Made by a program: the position numbers and the translations under genes
IMG/VR virus record: IMGVR_UViG_3300045988_119787
Coordinates: 10,557-74,556 of that record
Origin: a virus
Length of the DNA: 64,000 nucleotides
Direction: 5' to 3' (one strand)
Shown: piece by piece, positions 1 to 15,000 of the stretch
Numbering within the stretch: the first letter of the stretch is position 1
How the letters are laid out: every line of letters begins with the position of its first letter
The notes under the pieces: generated by a model
What the model was told of the DNA's origin: nothing
Database searches by the model: none
Seen by the model: only the letters and a program-made list of their open reading frames with translations

Positions 1-2
1 CA

Positions 3-3000
3 TCCACCGGTGATGATACTTCATTGTCGGCATTGGGTCAGGCGGCATTGGGAGGATTCGAGCATGGTGCTACCACTGGTGCGATGTTCGGAGTATCGGG
101 TGCTATCATGGCTCCTTGGGTGTCAAAGTTCGGTATCACTGGCTTGGAGAAGAGCACAGGCGAGAAATGGCTGCATGGCACACAGAAACTTGGTGCTACC
201 GCCGCAGGTCTCGGCGTTGAGGCTGGGACCATGATGGTTGCCGACAATATCACTGGCGATAAGGACATTTCCTTTGGCACATGGCTTGAAGACGTGGTGA
301 TGGTGGGCGCATTCAAGGCAGGAGAGCCTAAGAATTACGCTCATATCGGAAATGCGTTGTATAATCTTACTCATAATAGCGGTGGTAATTTCGTGATTGG
401 AAAGAATACCAACGGCTCCCCTATCGCCGTGGATATTCGTCTGACTCCTGACGAGAAGAATGAATTGATTTCTTCTGCATCGGGCAAGAATCTGATGGAT
501 GCTTTCGTGAAGGTGGACCGTGCATCGAAGACAGCTCCAAGAGATTCGAAATACAAAACGGCATACACGGATTTTATGAACGACCCAGACGTTTCTCAGA
601 GCACCAAAGAGAAGGTGAATGCGGCCATGGGACTGTTTAACACGACAAGAGGTAAAAGCTACCGCAGCGTAAATGACGTGAAGAACAAACAGATTCTTGA
701 ATACACCAAGAACGGAACGCTGCTTACACGTACCTCTTATAAGAATGCCGATGAACGCCGTGCTATCCTTTACAAGCAGAAGCTTTATCGTGACAATGAC
801 GATATGATGTCGCTGATTGGCTATTCCAAGATGAAGGATATGCAGCTGACTGATGAGGACGGAAATGTTACCAGTCTGGCACTTGGCTTCCTCCGTAATA
901 ACGGCTATGACACAAGCAAGGATGTTACAGACCCGATAAACGCCCAGCTGATTAATGACTTGCGCAACCCGAAGAGTGCGCTCTATCTTGACTGGGAGAA
1001 GTATGTGGACGTTTACGGTTCGTATGGCGATCTTAAAGTAGAATCCGCAGACGTTGTTGGTGGTTTTATGGACACCTTGAAGAAGATGATCAACGACAAG
1101 GGAAACATGACGGTTGATATTGACAACATCATGCGCAAAGACCCGATGAAGCGCACCGACCAGGAGAACAAAATCTTCTATTATGTGAAGAAAGCACTCG
1201 AAGATGAGCTTTTCCCTAGCTGGAGGCCACACGCAGACCAGTCTGCCAGCCAAGGTAAGACGGTTGCCGAGGAGCATAGTCTGGGAACGGACGACCCGGA
1301 TAGCGGCGTGGTAGTTGATGAGTTGCGCAACCTTCGCAATGCCGAGCAAGCCCTTGATGCAGCGATGGATAGCAACGATGTGTTCAAGCAAACCTTTGAG
1401 AAATTGCACCAGCAGGGCTTGACACCGGCACAGATTTACGATGCACTCATTCAGAATGGATTGACCCAAGAAGAGTTAACCCCACTTGCCCAATATATCA
1501 ATGCGAACGCTAGAGTGCAGGGTATGCAGCAGGCTACTGCTGATGTCATAGAGGAAAACGTGAAGAGCTTTATTTCTGATTGGAGCTATCACGGAACATT
1601 GAACGGTCAGGCGATGAATGGCGAGCAAGCTTTGTACGTGCAAGACAGCAACGGAAGAACACTTCTTGTTGGTTCAGGTGATGTTGCCTTCGACCAGACT
1701 ACAGGTAGAGCCAAGGAAGGTAGCGGTGATATGCTTGTCTGCTTCGACCCTAACACCAGGGAAATGGTCTATGTGAAGGCAGATGAGGTTACTCTGTTTC
1801 AGAATCAGCCTATCGACCAGTTCGCTGCAGAATATCGTCAGAGATTGCAGATGAAGAACTCTGAGCCTTATAATCAGGCGGCACAGGAACAGGCGATGCA
1901 GGATGCTGCAAAGCCTCAGCAGGAGCAGGAGGCACCACAAGATAATACCACAAAATCGGAAGATAATACCACAAAAGAGGGTGATTTAACAAAAGATGAT
2001 ACCACTTTAACAAAAGTTAATACCACATCGGGCAAAGATAATACCACAAATGAGAACTTAGCACCACAAGAGCAGCCTCAACCTAGCAGAAAGTTTGCCG
2101 ATGGTTCAGATGTTCCTATGGCTACGGACAGCAAGGGAAGACCTACACCTGACTATGAGAAAATGACTCCTGAACAGAGTGCAGAGATTCTTACTGAGGA
2201 CTTCGGGGATAATGCCGAGAAGGTGGTGGACGGACAGATTCAGAAAGCAGAGAAGGCTTTGAAGGATGCCGAGAAGATGAAGGTGGACTATACCGCCGAA
2301 CCTAACGACATCATGGAGCAGGAGACTTTGAAGAACCAGACTATTGAAGCTGCCAAGAAGCAGTTGGATCACGCTCAGAATATCAAGAAGGCTATGACTG
2401 CCAAGAAGGTTGCAGAGACTGTTGGTAAGACAGAACAGACTGAGGGCGCACATGAAGCTGGTAGCGTGGCTGCACAGAAGTTTGTAAATGCACCTAGGCT
2501 TATAGGCAATAAGCGCACAAGAATGCTGCCTGACGGAGAGACCAAGATTAAGGGACACTATGAGATTGTTCCGGCTGAAAGTCTTACTCCTTCTCACGAT
2601 GTGAACAATGGTTACAAGAAATCTGAGGGATTCCCTACCGATGCTGAGGGCAGAACTGTGAATGATCGTGACTATGAACACGACAAGGCTGCTCAGCAGA
2701 ATACGGACCAGATTGCCAGGAAGTATAACGGTATGGCTATCGAGCAGGTGCCAGTGGTATCTGACGAGGGTATCGTATATGATGGCAACGGTAGAACGAT
2801 GGCAGGACAGAAGGCGGCAAAGGAAGGCACAGACGCTGAATACATCAACGACCTCTTGGAGAATGCCGAAAACTTCGGCTTCACAAGAGAACAGATTGAA
2901 CAAAGCGGTATCGAGCATCCACGTCTGGTAATGGTTACGGATGAGAGATTGCCATACGATGCGGCTACCTTCGCCAAGTTCAACCGAAACGAGAAGAAGA

Positions 3001-6000
3001 CACAGAGCAATACCGAACAGGCGGTAGCCAAGGCTAAGACCTTGACTTCTGACGAGGTAGGCGCGATTGTTGCCGAGATTGAGGGAAATGGTTCTCTTGA
3101 TGCATTCTTTAACAATTCCAAGGCAATAAATGACTTGGTAAAGACGTTAGTAGATAAAGGAATCATCGGACAGAACGAGGTGGCACAAATGATGGATAGC
3201 CCTGAGCGCCTTTCAGCACAAGGCAGGGAGTACGTGAAGAACCTTCTTTTGGGTTCAATCTTCAAGCCAGAGACTATCAGAATGCTGGGCATCGACTCTA
3301 CGGTGAAGAATAAGGCTATCAACGCTATCCGCTCGGTGATGGACAACATGAAGCTGGGCGAGTTCTCTCTTCGTGATGAGATTGATCAGGCTATCCAATT
3401 GCTCTATGAGGCAAGACGGGGTGGCAACAAGGTTGATACGCTGCTGAGGACACCATCCATGTTCGGTGAGGATGCAGCTAAGCGTTACTCTTCTATCTCT
3501 CAGATGATGGCTTTGGCCCTAGAAGGTAAGGTATCTGATTTCAGAGATTTGCTTGACGAGTACAACCGTATTGCTGCAGCAAGAAATACTGGCGAGGGCG
3601 ATGTATTCGGCGAAGCACCTACCAAACCAGAGTTGATAAAAGAATTTATGGACTTTAAAAAATGGCAAGATTATGGAACAGGACATTCAGAAAATGAAAG
3701 AGGCAATGATGTTTCAGGCATTGAAGAACCTCAACAAGAAGCATCAGGAGGAAATGAACCAGCAGAAGCAGAGCGACCAAGAGTAGAAGAACCAGAAGTA
3801 GGTTCTCTCCCACTCCTTCCAAAGGAAGAGAACCCAGACCCTCAGTTTAACCCGATTGAGGCAGCTGCAGCAGAGTTCAAGAAGGAGCATCCTTTAACCG
3901 AGGAAGAGATTATGAAGGCAGACGTGGACGATTTATCCAAGGATATGGCGCTTGACTATCAGAACGGAGAAGTGACAGACGATTTGCACCGTGCTATCTA
4001 CGAAAGCATCTATGCTAAACGCAAGGGATTGAAGGCTGAACCAAAGGTTGAGACTCCTAAATCTGAACCATCAGCTGACCCAATGGAAGCTTTCAAGAAT
4101 GCTGCAGAAGGGTTCGAGAAGGAGAAGAAGGGTAAAGCAGAACAGCCAAAGAAGCCTCAGCAGACTGCTGACGATGCAGCAGTAGCGGCTTCTAACAAGA
4201 AGGTTAATGACCTTTGGGATATGCTCAAGAATGCCGGCAAGGATGAAATGTCTGCTTCGTTTGTTGGTCTTAACTCTAGACAGCTGGAAGTATTGCCTAA
4301 GCTGGTGAGCGCCATGGCAGAGAATGCTTATCTGAGAATCAAGAGAGGTATGCACAATCTTGAAGACGTGGTGAAGGAAATGCGCAAGGAGTTTGCTCCT
4401 GCTTCCAAGATTTTCAAGAAGGAAGACGTGGATGCTATCTATGAGCAGATGATGAATATCCGCTATCGTGATGGTGAACAGCGCATGAGCTTGAAGGAGT
4501 GGGCTGACTACTACGAGAAGACTTCACCTAAGCATCAGGAAAATCTGGTGGGTGACTCCAAGAGTGCCGAGGAAAGAAAGATGGCTGAGAAGAAGTTTAT
4601 TGATGTCGTGAATCTACAGTTGGGCTTCAAACATAAGTTTAACGGTATTGTTGAGCTGAGAAAGATAGCTGAGAGACTCGGCTTGAAGGATATTAAGGAC
4701 ACAGACCTTCAGGAGCTTGCTGAAACTGCCATTGTTAAGCGTGCAAGAGGTATCGCTTCTTCTGAATCAACCAATAATGCCGAGAAGTTCAAACGCATCA
4801 AGACACTCTATGAGAATCAGCCGAGCCTCAACCAGCGTGATTCTGAGCGAGTGATGAAGCAGCAGTACTCTACCCCTGCCCCTTATGCTTTCCTTGCGGA
4901 TATGTATGTGAAGGGTAACGGTAAGGTGATTGAGAGTGCTCTGGAGCCAAGTGCCGGCAACGGTATGCTTACCATCGGTCTGCCAAAGGATAAAGTGCAT
5001 GTGAACGATATTGACGATACGAGATTGCTGAATCTTAACAGACAGGGCTTCGGAAAGGTGACCAGTCAGGACGGAACTCAGCCATTCAACGTAAAGCCTG
5101 TTGATATTGTGATTACCAACCCACCATTCGGTAGTGCTACCCCTAAGGAGTATGACGGCTATAAGATTTCTTCCTTGGAAGGACAGATGGCTATCAATGC
5201 CCTGGAGAGCATGAAGGACGATGGTCGTGCTGCCATTATTATCGGCGGCAAGACGGAATACGCCAAGAACGGAAGTCTGAATCCGAAAGATAAGGCTTTC
5301 CTTGGTTATCTCTATAGCCACTATAATGTGGAGGACGTGATTAATGTGGATGGCGGTCTCTATGCAAAGCAGGGAACCAGCTACCCTACACGTATTATAT
5401 TAATAAACGGAAGACGCTTGGACGAGAATGCCTTTCCACCAGTAAAGGATAAGGCTAGAGCGGAAGCCGTGAAAGATTATGACGAACTTTATAAACGAAT
5501 TGAAGATGATATACTACGAGGTGAACGGATGGATTCTTCCATCGGAGGAGAAACAAGAAGTGCTCAACCAGAACTTGATAAACAAGGCGCTGCTGGTACT
5601 CCTAAAGAGAGAGTACGAGCAGGAGAACGAGGAGGAAGCAAACCAGATGGTGAGCGAGAGTCTGACCTATTTGACTCCACTTCCGTATCAGGAACCCATG
5701 ATGACTTGGAGAATCAACGAGGAACCGAGCCAAGAGAAGATGGAGGACTTTCTGGTGGAGATACTGGAACAGACAGAACAGGGACAGAGCCTTCTCAGAG
5801 CGAAGGAGCAACCGCTGGAACCAATGAACAGCGAGGAGCTGGATCAGGAGGAGCTGGACGGAATGACGCTCAGCCAAGTACTGATGAACCTGCCAGCGCC
5901 GGGAGCGGAAGCGGACCACGGGGACAATTACAGCGAGTGGACAAATCCGTACGTGGACTAAGCACAGAGAAAGTTACCTATACCCCAAAGAGTGGAAACC

Positions 6001-9000
6001 CTTTCACTCTGAAAGCCGTGATGCCTGCCGATCAGCAGGAAGCGGTAAACAAGAACCTTGAAAAGCTGGGCGATGCCGACCAGTTCCTGGTTGATGAACT
6101 TGGCTATAATGACAAGGACGATTTGTATTCTCATCTTGCAGCAGAGCAAGTTGACTCTGTAGCTCTTGCCTTGCAGCAGGCAAAGAAGGGCAACGCCTTT
6201 ATTATCGGAGATATGACTGGTATCGGTAAGGGAAGACAGGCTGCTTCACTTATCAGATATGCCAAGAAGCAGGGGCAGGTTCCTGTATATTTCACTAAGA
6301 CCGCTGGCTTGCTGAGCGATGTTTACCGTGACTTAGTGGATATTGGAAGCCCAGAGCTGAGACCATTTGTATTCGGTAGTGCCAAGGAAGCTGCCATTAC
6401 CGACTCAGACGGAAACGTAGTATTCTCCTTGCCATCTAAGAGTGAGGTGAAGCGAGTGCTTGACTACATCGAAAAGAACGGCAAGCTGCCAGAGGAATAC
6501 GACTACGTATTGACTACCTACAGTCAGGTAAGCAATGGTGTATATGAGTTTGATGAGGACGGCAACCGCAAGGAGAGAAAGCTTGCAAAGGGTAAATCAT
6601 TCGGTGCTGCTGCTCTGAGCGGACAGAAAAGACGTGATGCTATTGAAAAACTGATGGGTAACGCCTATCTTATCCTTGACGAAAGCCACACGGCTGGTGG
6701 AAATAGCGGTCAGGGTAACTATTTCCAACACATTATTCAGAAGGCAAAGAACGTTACCTTCTTCTCTGCTACCTTTGCCAAGCGACCAGACAATATGCCT
6801 ATCTACGCTTTGCGTACTGCCATGAACGAGGGCGGTATGAAATCATCCGATTTGATTGATGCGGTGAAGCGTGGTGGTGCAACCTTGCAGGAGATTATGA
6901 GCCAGACCTTGACACAATGCGGTCAGATGATTCGCCGTGAGCGAGATATGACTGGCGTAACCATCGACTGGAAGGCTATTGATGATCCTGAGCGAGTTAA
7001 GGAGCAACGAGAACAGTATGATAGTATCATCGGATTGTTTAATGATATTATCAATTTCCAGAAGAAATATGTTTCAAGTTACGTTGATGAACGTAATATT
7101 GAATTGGCAGACATCCAATCTACGATGGATATCAAGAAGGGCACAGAATCTTTAGGTATCAAGAATCAGCCTTTTGCCAGCAAGGCATTCAATACCGTTC
7201 AGCAGGTACTTCTCTCCTTGAAAGCGAAGTCTGCTGCAGAACGTGCAATCGACTATTTGAAGCAGGGGATGAAGCCTGTGATTGCATTGAACAACACCAA
7301 TGAATCGCAGACAGGAAACCTTGCACTTGGTGAGGAAATGGACGCACCAGACTTGGGCACATCTTTGAAGAAGGGTCTGGAGGGTACACTTCGCTACACT
7401 CAGAAGGATGCCAAGGACAATAGCGAAAGCGGTTATTTCAAGCTTGAAGACTTGGGCGAAGAGGCTGTTAAGGCTTATCACGAACTGGAAAAGAAGATTG
7501 AGCAGACAAGTACCGGTCTTTCACTCTCCCCTATAGATGTTATCAAGAACGAGCTGCAGAAGGCAGGTTATAAGGTTGGCGAGCTGACAGGAAGACAGAC
7601 CGAGTTTGTTTATAACGACAACGGAACAGTTACCAAGGTAAAGCGTGCTGATACCGACAAGAAGAAACTCGCACGCGACTTTAACGATGGTAAGATTGAT
7701 GCGCTTATCCTCAACAAGAGTGCTGCAACCGGTATTTCCCTTCATGCTTCGAGCAAGTATAAGGACCAGAAGAAGCGTGTGATGATCGTGGCGCAGCAGC
7801 AGCTTGACGTGAATGACGAGGTTCAGATGCGTGGACGTATCGACCGAACCGGTCAGGTGGCTAGAGGTGCATACGAGTATGTGGTTTCCCTTATCCCTGC
7901 CGAGCAGCGACTGCTGATGATGTTTAAGGCTAAGTTGAAGTCACTTGATGCCAACACGACTTCTTCTCAGAAGAGTAAGTTCAACGAAATGGAAGTTGCC
8001 GATATTACCAATAAATATGGTGACAAGGTGGTTAAGGAATACATGGCAGAGCATCTTGACCTTTATGCACGCATGGCTGATCCATTCGGATGGGAAAAGA
8101 CTTACGGTGATGATTTGAGTAGAATCAACCCACAAAACCTTGTTGTCAGTGGTGGAGGTGTCGGTGATGGTGAAGCTGGTGCCGATGCAAGCAAGTTGCT
8201 TGGACGTATGGCTTTGCTGAGAGTAAACGAGCAGGAGAAGATGTTGCAGGAGATTGGCGAGCTTTACGCCAACGAGATTCAGCGACTCAACGAAATGGGC
8301 GAGAACGATTTGGAGATTACCGAGCTGCCACTGAAGGCTAAGACTATCCACAAGGAAGTATGGAAGCAGGGCGCTGAGCCGGGCGGCGATAACGCCTTTG
8401 CCGACAACACCTATATAGAAAAGGTGAACATGGCTATCTTGAAGAAACCGATGAAGGCTTCTGAGGTGAAAGCTTCGCAGGAAGGCTTGACTGGCGGCAA
8501 GACTTGGGATGAATACAAAACCGAAAAGAAGACTGCCGTGAAGGAATACTTCGGCCAGAAGATTGCGAACGAGACTCAGAGGTATGAGGAGCGTGCGGTG
8601 AAGGCTGCAACCAAGGCAAAAGAGAAGTATATCAAGGATGGAAAGAAGGGTCAGGAGAAATCGGGCATGACCGATGAGCAGATAGAAAAGAATGCTGAAT
8701 ATCAGTACGAGACTATCTACAAGCAGGAGAAGGATAAGCTGGATGATGTAGTGAAGAACTTGAAGGAGAAGGCAGAAATGTTTGACCGTGTTCTTGACAC
8801 CTTCGACACCAACCAGACTTTCGTTCTGCCTACGGACATGAACAATCCTAACGAGTTGAGCGGATTCGGCAACAGCTACGGTAGACTGATTGACATCAAG
8901 ATTACTGATAACTTCTCGCCTAACGCCTCTTCTGTTTCCTTTGCAACCTTGGATGGCAGAAGAAAGATTACCTTCCCTATCGCTGGCAAGGTTGGTGCAG

Positions 9001-12000
9001 GTGAAAACAAGGCAGACATTATCGGCGCCATCGACAACATGACTAAGCAGGCAATCGGTATGGGAGACAGCCATCTCAGAGTATTGAACCAAAACTTTGA
9101 TAACTGGGATAGACTGACTAGCAATGAGAGCCGCAAGAATGGCTATATCGTGACCGGTAATCTGATGCAGGCTTTGGTTGACAGTAAAGATCAGGGCTTG
9201 GGCGGTCAGTTGGTGAAATATACTACTGATACTGGCGAGGTGAAGACTGGTATCTTGATGCCAGACAGATTCGACCCTAAGGGCTTGACAACGGATGCGC
9301 CTATCAACAGCGTGACAGAGAAGTTTGAGCTTTCATCATGGCATGGTGGTATTGACGAGGTTACTTCATCGGATGGTGAAGTAAAGGTGAAGCGCATAGA
9401 CAACAATCGTGGCTACTTCTACGAGCTTCGTGTACCGAAGAGCAAGGCGAAGGGCGGCAAGTACTTCATGGATGAAGATTTGCTGAAACTGGTTAATGGC
9501 AATAACTTCGAGACCAGAGGCAACAATATGCTTGCTGAGTTTAAGCCAGAGCAGTTGAAGCCAGTACTGGACCGCCTGTCTAAAATGGGCGTGAAGGTGC
9601 AGGAGGAGCGCAAAACTTCTGAGGATGAAGGCACCCACTTCCGTGAGGACCGAGGCTTGCAGTATTCTAAAACAGATACAAAAGATGTTAAGAAAGGTAG
9701 AATCATTCCCGAAGATGTAGATAAAAATGTATCTTCGCAGATTGAAAAGAAGTTTGATTCTACCATTAAGGACATCGAAGAGCATACAGAAGACAGAGAT
9801 AAATCTTTGTTTGCTGATAATCTTGAATCTGCTCTGGATGAGTTTTCTGATCTTGGTAGAAGCGTTATTGAATATTACAAGAATGATTATGAACGAAAAG
9901 TTGAAAAGTTATCAGGACAGCATACCGGAGGACATCTTGGTGGTAAGAATGACGGTAAGGGAAATAAAGGCTCTTATCTACTGCAATATTATAAGACCGT
10001 TCTCGCCGTCGCTGACAGAGAACTTGCCTATAGAGACGCTAGAGCAAAGAATCTCAGAGAGACTTGGGGATTGCAGCCAGGAGGAGCGTTCACACTTGGA
10101 GCCGTTGAACGAATTTTTAAAGAAACAAATAGAGATAAAGGAAAGGCTGAACTCTTCCAAAGAGTTCTCGATATAAACAAGCGTCTTGGTGTAAACATCA
10201 AGGTAAGTGCCGAGAGTCCGAAGAAGAGATCTGGAGAAGCAGACACCAATAGAAACATTGATTTGTATATTGATGGTCTGACAAAAACAATGGCTCCAGA
10301 CTACGCTGCCCCTACTATTATGCTGCATGAAATGATTCATGAGGTAACAATGGGTGCTATCAATCTCGTTAAGAAAGGTAAGGCTGAGGGCATACTGACC
10401 CCTAAGCAGATAGAGGGCGTAAAGACTATCCTCAAAATCTATGACAAGGTAAAGGACGATAAGGAACGCTTCAAAGAAGAGCCTTACGGTCTGACTGATG
10501 CTTACGAGTTGACTGCTCAGATGGCAGATTCTAGACAGAGAAAGGCGATGGACTTGTCTATCTGGGATAGAGTTATGAATGCAGCACACGAATTTGCAAG
10601 AAGGGGCGATCGCTCTATCTTGCAGAGAGTGAAGGATGCCATCAAGAAACTGTTTGAGGTTTCTGACAAGGATAAGATGGATAAGGCTATCAACGACATC
10701 ATGGATGATTTCAATGAAACCATTGATGATATTTCCATGAATGAGATTGAACAGGATGGATTCGCCTACAAGGTTACAGACAAGGATGAGCTGGACCGCC
10801 TCAACAAGGAAAAGACTTTCAGAATGTATAGCGGAATGCAGGAGGTGGACGGAAAGTTGTACTCCCCTATGGCTGCGATCATTGACGGAAAGCGTACCGA
10901 TGCTACCGAGATTGGCGCTTGGATGGGCGCAGACGAGCGACCTGACCTTGTGAAGAACGGAAAGTTTACACTTGTGAAGACTGATAAGAATAAGGGTGTT
11001 GGCGAGGGTGATGTGCCTGCTGCCTACAATCCTTATATGCACACCTCCACTTCTATGATGAACGACCAGTTTACCGGTGCTTACGCTAGAGGCAACATCA
11101 AGGTTGTGGAATGGGAGATTCCTGAAAGCGAGAAGACCAGTGGCTATCGTGCTGAGGGTGCAAAGGATGCTGTGGGTCTTGTACCTTGGCATTCGGGTTC
11201 GGTTAATAGTTTGCTGCCGAAGGACAGACAGAGACAGGTGATGTTGTCACGCTGGAGAAAGGCGGTGAGAGTGGTTCCTGATTCAGAGGTGGCTGAGAGT
11301 ATCGCAGAACAGTTGAAGGGTACAGGCTTGGCTATCCCTTGGAATGTGGTTACTCCTAATCAGGTTAGGGAGTTGGCTAAGCTGGGCGTACCTATCACTA
11401 CCGTTGAATCGGGAAGACAGGCTCCTGAAACCAAGGAGAAGTTCTTGCAGCAGATGGCTGAACTGGAACAGGAGTTCCCTCAAGCTAAGTTCGTTAACGT
11501 GAAAATGTCAAAGGATGCCTTCAAGGTATGGGGCAAGGACGGAGGCACCAAGTTCCGCACGGACCATGGAGAAAGTAGCTACCCTACTTCATCGGTTGAG
11601 AGCCATGTGGAGAAGGTGGCTCAGAAGACTGGCGCAAAGGTGAACATGGTTTCATCAGTTGATGAAATCACCAACAAGGCTGCTAAGGCTGCTATTGAGG
11701 AAGGTAGAAAGATTACTGGCTGGTATGACGAGAAGACTGGCGAGGTACATCTTTATATGCCTAATATCCATGACAGATATACTGCCGAGAAGACTATCTG
11801 GCATGAGGTGGTTGGTCACAAGGGAATGAGAGAGTTGTTTGGTGAAGACCGATTCAACCAGTTCCTTCGTGATGTTTGGTACGACTTGGATAAGCCTGAG
11901 AATGCCGAATTGAAGAAGCTGGTGGATGAGGAGAGAAGATACAATCCTCTGAATATCTATGATGCCATAGAGGAAGGTATCGCCCGACTCGCCGAGGATG

Positions 12001-15000
12001 GCAAGGGTGAACCGGGCTTCTGGAATGGTATCAAAAACAAGGTATCTGATTTCCTTCATGAAATCGGTTATCGTATTGCTCCTAATACTAAAGATGTGAA
12101 GTATCTGCTCTGGTTGAGCAAGAACTTGCAGAAAAATCCGAATGACCCTTATTGGAAGCTGAGAGCCGAGGCGGTGAAATTCCGTCTCGACCATGATCGT
12201 GTGCCTGCTGTCGTGGCGCATGATGGTATGTTCTACGGAAATGACGGTAAGGTCCGCAGTATGGAGAGCATGACCAAGAGCGAATGGAACGAGGCTACAG
12301 ACGGACAGATTCACTTCCGTACTACCCCATCTGCCGGCACAGCACTTGACAGATACCACCGTTCGCTGGATGAGCACGGCTATATGTTCACCGAGAGCTA
12401 TATGGATAATATGCTTTCGTTGAAGAAGTTGATGAATGCGATTGTGCCAGATAAGAAGATTGAGGATATTGCTTCTTCGGAGAATCCTTATATACTGCAG
12501 AACACCATGCAGGGTGCGATGAGTGATGCGGCTCAGATGTTTGAGCGCAACGTAATGAAGCCGCTTGACAAGGCGATGGCTGGTGTGCTGGATGCCTTTG
12601 ATGGCAAGAAGGATGATGAGAAGATTAGAAACTTCAATCTCTACATGATTACCAAGCATGGTTTGGAGCGAAACAGAGTGTTCTTTGTTCGTGACTTCCT
12701 TAGACAGATGAGAATGTACGAGAAGAAGAAGCAGGATGCAGACATCTTGGAGAACCGCTGGAGTAACGAGAAGGAACGTCTGGATAACGAACTGAATGCT
12801 GGTAACATCGACCTGAAGGAGTACTACAGACAGATAGACGAGTTTATCAACAACGAAATCGACCCAGACTATAAGGCTGGCGAACACGACTATTCGGGTA
12901 TTCACGCTATACAAGAGGTAGCAAAGTCTTCTGACCCATACGATGATGCAGAGGCTATCGCTAGCGTGATGGATTCGGAAGCTAAGATGGAGAGCATCAA
13001 GAAGGGAGCTGTGAAGGACTATTGGGATAAGGTGAAGGCTGCAACCCAGTATTCGATTGACAGCGACTACAAGAATGGTATCATCAGCAAGGAGTTGCAC
13101 GGTCATGTATCTAATATGTTCAACTGGTATGTGCCTTTGAGAAAGTATGATGAGGCTACTGCAGAAGATACTTATGGCTACATTACTGAGCAGGGAGACC
13201 CGAAGAGTTACATCGGAAGCACCATCATGAGAGCAAGAGGACACAAATATCTGAGTGAGACAAATGTGCTGGCGCAGATTGGTGCGATGGGTAACAGAGC
13301 TATCAAGAACGGCGGTATGAATGCTATCCGTCAGGCTTTCGCAAGATTCGCGCGAAATAATTCGGGCAATAATCTGATTACAGAAACGAGTGTATGGTAT
13401 GAGAAGGACCCAATGACCGGTATTGTTTATGAGCGCTATCCTGATATTCCTGAGGACGCTACACCAGACGAAATCAACCAGATAGTTGCAGACTTCAATA
13501 CAGACATGAAGGCAAAGGCTGCACAGGGCTTGGCATCGAAGGTTTACCGCAGGGGCAGTATCGGCTATAAGTTCCAAAGAGCTGAGAATAAATCACAGCA
13601 TATCGTAGACGTGAAGATTGCCGGCAAGACTCATTCTTTTGTTATCAACGGAAATCCCAGAGCAGCGCAGGCATTGAATGGGTTGCTGGAGAACTCTAGC
13701 GCCAAGGGATTCATGAAACCTTTGAGCACTATTTCTAGAATGATGGCACAGCTCTGTACTTCATACAACCCTGAGTTCGTGATGAGAAACGCCTTCCGTG
13801 ATGCTGAGTTTGCTTCGAGCAACGTTACATCGAAGGAAGGTGCAAGATACGGGGCACTCTGGGCTAAGTACTACGCACAGCTGGGTCTGTATAAGGGCGC
13901 ATCGAATATCAGCTTGAAGGATTTCAGCGGTTCTACGGGTTTGGGATTGTTCGCAAAGTATCGTAACGGCACACTTGATATTTCTGACAAGGTTCAGAGA
14001 TACTTCAAGGAGTTCATGGAGAACGGCGGTGAGACTGGTTGGGTTCAGATCAAGAACATGAAGGATTGGACCAAGGAATACAAGAAAGACGTGAAGGACG
14101 AAAGAAGCAAGCTGAACAAGGGCGGTGAACTGGTACGTGATTTCTTCTTCGGTAACTTGGAGAACGTGAATGAGGTGGCAGAGAATATCGCCCGATTCAC
14201 TACTTACTGTACGAGTCGTGATTATGGACGTTCCGTTATCCGCTCTGTCTATGATGCCAAGGAAGTATCTACCAACTTCAACCGTCATGGTAGCGGTGAT
14301 GCCGTCAAGAGTTTCAAGAACGGTGAAATGACTGGAACCAAGGCTGCAAGAAGATGGGCATACGGATTTACTTCCGGCTATCTCAGACACTGCTCTATGT
14401 TCTTCAACGCTGGTATTCAGAGTACGAACCTTCTTGCGAAGAACTTGAAGAATCATCCTGTAGGAACTTCCATCAACATGCTTGCCATTCCTTTTGCACT
14501 CGGTGCGCTGGCTGCACTTGGAAACAATGTGCTGATTGCGAGTGAGGACGAAAAGGACAGAAAGGGAGTGAAGGACCCATACGGTGAACTGCCTGACTAC
14601 GTGAGAAGGAACAATCTCTGTATCTACAAGGGAGGCGGTCAGTTTATCACGATTCCGCTTGCCATCGAGTTAAGAGCTTTCTATGGCTTGGGTGACTTGG
14701 CTGCAGGCTTGACCTTCTCGCCAAACGTGAGCGGACAGAAGAATCCTTACTTAGATGCCGTGGGCTGTATGTCGCAGCTGGTTCCTGTGATGGACTATCT
14801 CGGTAACTCTTCGGCAGGCAAAGAACCGATTAACGAGACCATCAAGGCTATCTCTCCTTCTGCCCTATCTCCATTCGTTGAATGGGAGTTAAATACCGAC
14901 TGGAAGGGTGCGCCTATTGAGAGACGTGGCGACTGGAACGAAAATTCCCCTGCTTGGCAGAGAGCCTACAAGGGTATTCCTGACGGTTATATGGCTGTAA

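Noticed and set aside
5479-5961. 160-aa plus-strand ORF in an alternative frame across the disordered linker of the giant gene.
   Set aside because: It lies in low-complexity purine-rich sequence, which leaves alternative frames open. It has no start context and no motifs, and it sits wholly inside a far better-supported frame.
123-14456. Long antisense ORFs inside the giant gene: 123-1469 (448 aa), 2106-2918, 7941-9092 (383 aa), 9978-11192 (404 aa), 11655-13577 (640 aa), 13761-14456.
   Set aside because: All are in the codon-aligned antisense frame; their codon boundaries share the giant ORF's phase (position divisible by 3). In that frame, stops arise only from sense TTA/CTA/TCA codons, which the gene evidently avoids. 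The translations are Leu/Ile/His/Cys/Val-rich with no motifs. These are a codon-usage artefact, not genes.
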